From assembly GCA_947377865.1 (NCBI GenBank), contig CANCHK010000005.1:3303-67302 (forward strand): a stretch of DNA of 64,000 bases. The letters are read 5' to 3'. How positions within the stretch are numbered: the first letter of the stretch is position 1; each line of letters begins with the position of its first letter. The notes below the pieces were generated by a model. It was given only the letters and a program-made list of their open reading frames with translations, had not been told where the DNA came from and did not search any database. The translations under genes were made by a program, and so were the position numbers. Source of the stretch: Opitutia bacterium. GTDB lineage: Bacteria; Verrucomicrobiota; Verrucomicrobiia; Opitutales; UBA953. Shown here piece by piece: positions 59,353-64,000 of the stretch.

Positions 59353-62300
59353 TCATTCCCTTGTGATCGCCTCATCGAGGTTGAGGGCGAGGCTCGCGAC
59401 CACGGTCCACGCGGCGAGTTCGGGGAGGTCGGTGCCAGGGGTCTGCTTGCGCTGACCGATATGCAGGAACTTCTCGGCGTCCGCGGGCTTGCTTCGGTAA
59501 TACGACCGCGCCTGCTCCAAGGTCTTGCCGAGCGTCGTGGCTTCGCGCTCTTCGAATCCGCGGGATAGGACCTTGCGGGCGAGCGATTGCAGTCGGGCCG
59601 CATCGCCGGATTCGCCGAGGACATCCGCGGCGATCGCCTGCGAGGCCTCAAGGTAGGTGAGGTCGTTCTGCAAGGTCAGCGCCTGCAGCGGGGTGTTGGT
59701 CCGTCCGTTACGCACTTCGCACGAGCGACGCTGCGCGGAGTCGAAGAGGAAGGTCGGGGCGATGGAGCGGCGCCAGAAGGCGTAAAGGGTCCGGCGATAC
59801 TGGGCGGCGCCTTCGCTGGGCTCATATTTGAAGCGGCCCATGAAGAGCTCTTCCCAGACGCCGTCGGGCTGATAGGGTCGCACGGGCGGTCCGCCCAGCA
59901 CGGGGTTGAATAAGCCGGCGGCTCGCAACGCGGAGTCGCGGATCATCCAGCTGGGCAGACGGAAGCGGGCGCCGCGGGCGAGCAGACGGTTCTCGGGGTC
60001 CTTGGCGAGCAGGGCCGCGCTGACGGCGGAGTCTTGCCGATAGGTGCGGCTGAGGACGATGAGCTTGAGCGTGCGCTTGAGGTCCCAGCCGTGTTCGACG
60101 AGGTCGACGGCGAGCCAATCGAGGAGCTCCGGATGCACCGGGCGTTCGCCTTGCAGGCCGAAGTCTTCGGTGGTCTTGACGAGTCCTTGGCCGAAGAGCA
60201 TCTGCCAGAGGTGGTTCACGGTCACGCGGGCGGTGAGCGGATTATCCTTGGAGGTCAGCCAGCGCGCGAGGCCGAGGCGGGTACGGGCTTCGCCTTCAGG
60301 CCAGGGCGCCAAGGCCATGGGGACGTCGGGTCCGACCTTGTCGCCATGCTTGTCCCAGACGCCGCGGATGTGGACAAACGTGTCACGCGGCTCCTTACGT
60401 TCGGCGAGGACCATGACGTTGAGTTTGCCGGCGGCACCCTTGGTCTCGGCGAGCTGTCGCTGGGCGCGATCCATGGCCTGTCGGGGATTCTGGTAAGGAG
60501 CGTGGTCCGCGAGGAATTCACCGAAGAGGCGTTCGCGCAACTTGGCGTCGACCGGCTGGCCGGCGGGCAGGGCGGCGAGTTCCTCGCGCGGACTCTGGCC
60601 GACCTTGTTCACGGCTTCACCGGCCTCGGCGGCGATGGCCAGACGGAAGCGGCCGATGTTGGCGTCGCCCAGCGTCGAACGCTGCCGCAGTTCGATCATG
60701 AGCTCGTCGTCCGGCCCGAGCACGAGCGGTTCGGCGAGGGCGTAGACGGCGACGTGTGGCTTGGTCTTATCGAAGCCTACGGTGGTCCAGCCGTTGCGCG
60801 GGTCGTCGTCGAGGGTGTCCTTCACGTCGCCATAGCCACCATGCTTCTTCTTGTCGGCCATGACGTCGGCGACGGCGTTGGCGATGAGGATGTCGCGGAT
60901 CTGATTGTTCCCGCGGGTGCGGACCTGGAGCTTGAGGTCGGTGAGCTTGAACTCGCCGTCCTTGCCGCGCGAAAGGCCGCCCTTGGTGTGCGACGGGTGG
61001 GGCAGGACTTCGAGACGCAGGCCGGTGATGCGCTCGAGGCGCTCATGGCTGACGATCCGGTATTCATCCTGATTGGGATGCGGCCCGGAGGCTTGGACGG
61101 CTCCGTCAGCTTCCTGCTTGAGGACGGTGCCTTCCGCGGTCTCGAGAGTGTCGGCTTTGATGACCTTCCAGGTCTGCCAGTCGGGTTTCGTCAGGTGACG
61201 GCGTTCATCGAGCCACTCCGCAAAAGGCTTTTCGGCCGCGGCACGTGCATTGGCCTCGGCGGGCTTCACGGCGTCGACGAGCTGCTGGGCCTCTGCGATC
61301 GCCCGGGCCGCGTGCTTGGATTGATAAGGGAGGTAGGGCTTGGCGCCGCCGCCGGCCTTGCCGTCTTCGTCGATGCTGTTGAAGAAGGCCGACAGGGCGT
61401 AGTAATCAGCCTGGGTGACAGGGTCGAACTTATGCGTGTGGCATTGCGCGCAGCCGAGCGTCATGCCGAGCCAGGTCGTGCCCATGGTGTTCACGCGGTC
61501 GAGGACGTAATCGACCCGCGACTCCTCGGGGTCACGGCCGCCTTCGCCGTTGGTCATGTGGTTGCGATGGAAGCAGGTGGCGAGCTTCTGCTCCGCGGTC
61601 GCGTTCGGGAGCAGGTCACCCGCGAACTGCTCCAAGGTGAACTGGTCGTAAGGGGTGTTGCGGTTGAAGGAGTCGACGACCCAGTCGCGCCACGGCCAGT
61701 TGTTGCGGGTGGCGTCCGATTGGAAGCCGTCGGTGTCCGCATAACGCGCGGCGTCCAGCCACCACATGGCCATGCGCTCGCCGTAGTGAGGCGAAGCCAG
61801 CAAGCGGTCGACGGCCCGCTCGTAGGCGTCAGGGGACTTGTCAGCGAGGAAGGCCTGCGTCTCGGCCTCGGTCGGCGGCAGACCGGTGAGGTCGAAGGAA
61901 AGGCGACGCAACAGGGTATGACGCGGTGCTTCCTTCGCCGGGGTGAGTCCTTCGTTCGCAAGCTTCTGGCCGACGAAATGGTCGACGGGGTGTCCTTGGG
62001 CGGCCGCCTTGACGGGCTGTTCAAAGGACCAGTGCTTTCCCCAGACGGCCCCTTCGGCGATCCAGCGTCGCAGGATATCCGTCTGCGCCGCGGTGAGCCG
62101 CGCCTTGTGCGACTTGGGCGGCGGCATGAGCTCGTCCTCGTCCGTGGTGATGATGCGTTCGATCAGTGCGCTGACCTCAGGCTTGCCCGGCACGAAAGCC
62201 TCCTTGGCCAAGGCGGCCTCCCGTACGTCGAGCCGCAGCTTGGCCTTGCGGTGCGACTCGTCCTGGCCGTGACACCCGAAGCAGTTGTCCGAAAGGATCG

Positions 62301-62394
62301 GCAAGACGTCCCGGCTGAAACTGACCGGCTCCGCCGCGTGCGCGGGGAGGAGGACCGCCATGACGGCGAGGAGCAGCGGGGTCGGCTGATTCAT
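59353..62394 (-). CDS. PSCyt1 (CxxCH) - DUF1549 - inserted beta-rich module - DUF1553 protein
   Basis: CFGCHGQDESHRKAKLRLD. Central ITGLRLEVLPHPSHTKGGLSRGKDGEFKLTDLKLQV module. Confidence 0.9.
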   Translation of the reverse strand: MNQPTPLLLAVMAVLLPAHAAEPVSFSRDVLPILSDNCFGCHGQDESHRKAKLRLDVREAALAKEAFVPGKPEVSALIERIITTDEDELMPPPKSHKARLTAAQTDILRRWIAEGAVWGKHWSFEQPVKAAAQGHPVDHFVGQKLANEGLTPAKEAPRHTLLRRLSFDLTGLPPTEAETQAFLADKSPDAYERAVDRLLASPHYGERMAMWWLDAARYADTDGFQSDATRNNWPWRDWVVDSFNRNTPYDQFTLEQFAGDLLPNATAEQKLATCFHRNHMTNGEGGRDPEESRVDYVLDRVNTMGTTWLGMTLGCAQCHTHKFDPVTQADYYALSAFFNSIDEDGKAGGGAKPYLPYQSKHAARAIAEAQQLVDAVKPAEANARAAAEKPFAEWLDERRHLTKPDWQTWKVIKADTLETAEGTVLKQEADGAVQASGPHPNQDEYRIVSHERLERITGLRLEVLPHPSHTKGGLSRGKDGEFKLTDLKLQVRTRGNNQIRDILIANAVADVMADKKKHGGYGDVKDTLDDDPRNGWTTVGFDKTKPHVAVYALAEPLVLGPDDELMIELRQRSTLGDANIGRFRLAIAAEAGEAVNKVGQSPREELAALPAGQPVDAKLRERLFGEFLADHAPYQNPRQAMDRAQRQLAETKGAAGKLNVMVLAERKEPRDTFVHIRGVWDKHGDKVGPDVPMALAPWPEGEARTRLGLARWLTSKDNPLTARVTVNHLWQMLFGQGLVKTTEDFGLQGERPVHPELLDWLAVDLVEHGWDLKRTLKLIVLSRTYRQDSAVSAALLAKDPENRLLARGARFRLPSWMIRDSALRAAGLFNPVLGGPPVRPYQPDGVWEELFMGRFKYEPSEGAAQYRRTLYAFWRRSIAPTFLFDSAQRRSCEVRNGRTNTPLQALTLQNDLTYLEASQAIAADVLGESGDAARLQSLARKVLSRGFEEREATTLGKTLEQARSYYRSKPADAEKFLHIGQRKQTPGTDLPELAAWTVVASLALNLDEAITRE

Positions 62395-62467
62395 CTGGGG
62401 GATATTCTACGCCAAGGCCGGCAGTTTTAAATGGCCTGCCCTGAACGGCAGGTTGTATTATCCTACC

Positions 62468-63337
62468 ATGGCTCAGCCTCCCGTCGCCAATCGATTTCCG
62501 ATTTCGCTCTACGCGACCCCGAACCCATCGCACCAGGAGGTGTTCTACACCGTGCCTCGCGCAGGCCATCTCCTCGCCGGTACGGAGCATCACATCAAGC
62601 GCGACCACTTCCCGGGACATGAGCTCATCCTTTGTCTGCGGGGCAAGGGTTGGACCCGCATCGCGGGTCGGGTCCATCAGGTCCGCCGCGGCGACCTGGT
62701 CTGGATCAATTGCCATCACCCTCACGAACACGGCGCGGTCCAGGATGACCCTTGGGAGGTCTATTGGATCCGCGCCGAAGGCCCGCGTCTGGCGCAATTA
62801 TCCGATCTGCTGGGCGTGCGCGACGCACCGGTCATCGGCGGCATGGACCTCCGCCAGGCCACGCCGGTCTTCAAGGAGTTGTTCCGTCTCATTCCGCAAG
62901 ACGCGCCGTCGTCACCCGCGCTGATCCATGCTCAGGTGGCCGAACTGGTCGCCCAGGCCTATTGCGCCCGACAGCAGTCCGGCGACCTGGCCCCGAAGAT
63001 CCCGCCGGCCCTCGCCCGTTGCGTGGAACAGATGAAGCTCTTCTATTTCCAGAAGCATACGGTGCCGTCGCTGGCCCGTCTCGCCGGCCTGAGCCCGACC
63101 CACTTCTCCCGCGTCTATAAGCAGGCGTTCGGTACGAGTCCGATCGACTGGCTCCGACGTGAACGCATCAGCCAGGCGAAGCGTCGTCTCGCCGACACGG
63201 CCGATGACATCAAGGAGATCGCCGAACAGGTGGGCTATTCCGACCGCTACTTCTTCAGCAAGGACTTCAAGAAGCACACGGGCTTCACTCCTTCGCAATT
63301 CCGCTCCCGTGAGACCGATCGGCTGCGCTCGGCTTAG
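62468..63337 (+). CDS. AraC family transcriptional regulator (cupin sensor + HTH_18)
   Basis: The ATG at 62468 is preferred over the non-ATG 62453. C-terminal LARLAGLSPTHFSRVYKQAFGTSPIDWLRRERISQAKRRL...IAEQVGYSDRYFFSKDFKKHTGFTPSQFR. Confidence 0.85.
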   Translation: MAQPPVANRFPISLYATPNPSHQEVFYTVPRAGHLLAGTEHHIKRDHFPGHELILCLRGKGWTRIAGRVHQVRRGDLVWINCHHPHEHGAVQDDPWEVYWIRAEGPRLAQLSDLLGVRDAPVIGGMDLRQATPVFKELFRLIPQDAPSSPALIHAQVAELVAQAYCARQQSGDLAPKIPPALARCVEQMKLFYFQKHTVPSLARLAGLSPTHFSRVYKQAFGTSPIDWLRRERISQAKRRLADTADDIKEIAEQVGYSDRYFFSKDFKKHTGFTPSQFRSRETDRLRSA

Positions 63338-64000
63338 TCGAGCGTGACCACGGCCGCACTCCCAGCCGGCAGGGTGACCGTGAGATCCGCACCTGAGCCG
63401 GTGATCGTCTCGGCAGTCTTGGCCGCCCACTTACCGTCGGTTCCGGCGGCGCTGCCGGCGAAGGTGATGCCGGTCTTGGCCTCGGCCGTCGGCGCCAGGA
63501 GGCGCATGACGCTGCCTTTGGTGCGTCCGGTCGTGAGATGTGCGACGACATTCTTGCTCAGATCTTTGTTCGTCAAAAGGACGTGCAGCTTGCCGTCGGC
63601 ACCGAGCGTCGCGTGCGCGGTGACATTCGCCGCCGACTTTATGGTGGTCGGCAGGATCTTCCCACGTCCGGCTTCCTTGAACGCCAGCATGGCGTAATAG
63701 AGCGGGTGTACGACGTAGCCGCCTTCGGTCTTGGAATAGGAGACAGGCGAGTAGCTGCCGGGCTTGAGGTTGCAGTGGAAGTTGATGCCGTCGGCTCCGC
63801 GTTCGGCGACGGAGAAGAGGAAATCGGTCGCCCACAGCGCCGAGACAAAGGTATCGCTCACACCCGTGCGTCCGCCGTTGGACACTGAATTGCATTCGGC
63901 GAGTCGATACCGCATGCCGGCGGCCTTCGCGGCGGCGAGGTGTTCATCCACCATCGTGACGTCCTTCGCCATGGTGGTCGGGAGCAGCAGGTTTTCGATG
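63334..64000 (-). CDS. glycoside hydrolase family 79-like protein, C-terminal part (gene continues beyond the right window edge)
   Basis: The frame stays open upstream of the annotated Met to the window end (IENLLLPTTMAKD). YRLAECNSVSNGGRTGVSDTFVSALWATDFL resembles the GH79 nucleophile region, followed by a beta-sandwich C-domain. Confidence 0.6.
   Translation of the reverse strand, partial: IENLLLPTTMAKDVTMVDEHLAAAKAAGMRYRLAECNSVSNGGRTGVSDTFVSALWATDFLFSVAERGADGINFHCNLKPGSYSPVSYSKTEGGYVVHPLYYAMLAFKEAGRGKILPTTIKSAANVTAHATLGADGKLHVLLTNKDLSKNVVAHLTTGRTKGSVMRLLAPTAEAKTGITFAGSAAGTDGKWAAKTAETITGSGADLTVTLPAGSAAVVTLD

Noticed and set aside
63334-63337. 4-nt overlap of the convergent AraC and GH79-like gene ends.
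   Set aside because: This is a trivial consequence of compact gene packing (TAG and TAA overlapping on opposite strands). There is no evidence of functional significance.

Overview
High-GC (about 63-65% by eye) chromosomal segment. Gene content points to the PVC superphylum (Planctomycetota/Verrucomicrobiota). All protein calls come from motif recognition in the supplied translations; no HMM or BLAST search was possible. I call 42 CDS (36 on the minus strand, mostly in tightly packed or overlapping operons) and one tRNA-Pro(CGG). I saw no rRNA, CRISPR array, transposase, integrase or phage genes. Coding content is a polysaccharide/sulfated-glycan type arsenal of paralogous families: four PSCyt1-DUF1549-DUF1553 / DUF1501 gene pairs (three with a dedicated GntR, IclR or AraC regulator), one ECF-sigma/anti-sigma + DUF1552 + DUF1592-family operon, four large beta-propeller+HEAT+CxxCH (PVC-type heme-binding) dehydrogenase-like proteins, three Cys-type sulfatases, two ThuA, DUF1080 proteins, NHL and PAL-like beta-propellers, and a pirin-CDGSH-DoxX redox cluster. 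The most unusual signal is non-coding. Nearly every longer intergenic spacer is assembled from a small vocabulary of recurring modules: (1) REP/REPIN-like inverted doublets with conserved GTAGGG...CCCTAC termini but locus-specific hairpin stems; (2) a stop-codon-abutting GC hairpin followed by two tandem CACGTG-containing 16-mers; (3) ATACTC heptamer arrays; (4) TAGGGG hexamer arrays; (5) a CTCAAAGGG...CCGGATGATTGG module; (6) a 187-bp element present twice; (7) a 110-bp near-identical direct repeat bracketing a 3.3-kb segment that holds a low-GC DUF3800 gene and a Sel1-repeat gene. I cannot tell from sequence alone whether this mosaic repeat system is mobile, regulatory or structural. I found no clear novel protein-based system such as a defence island.
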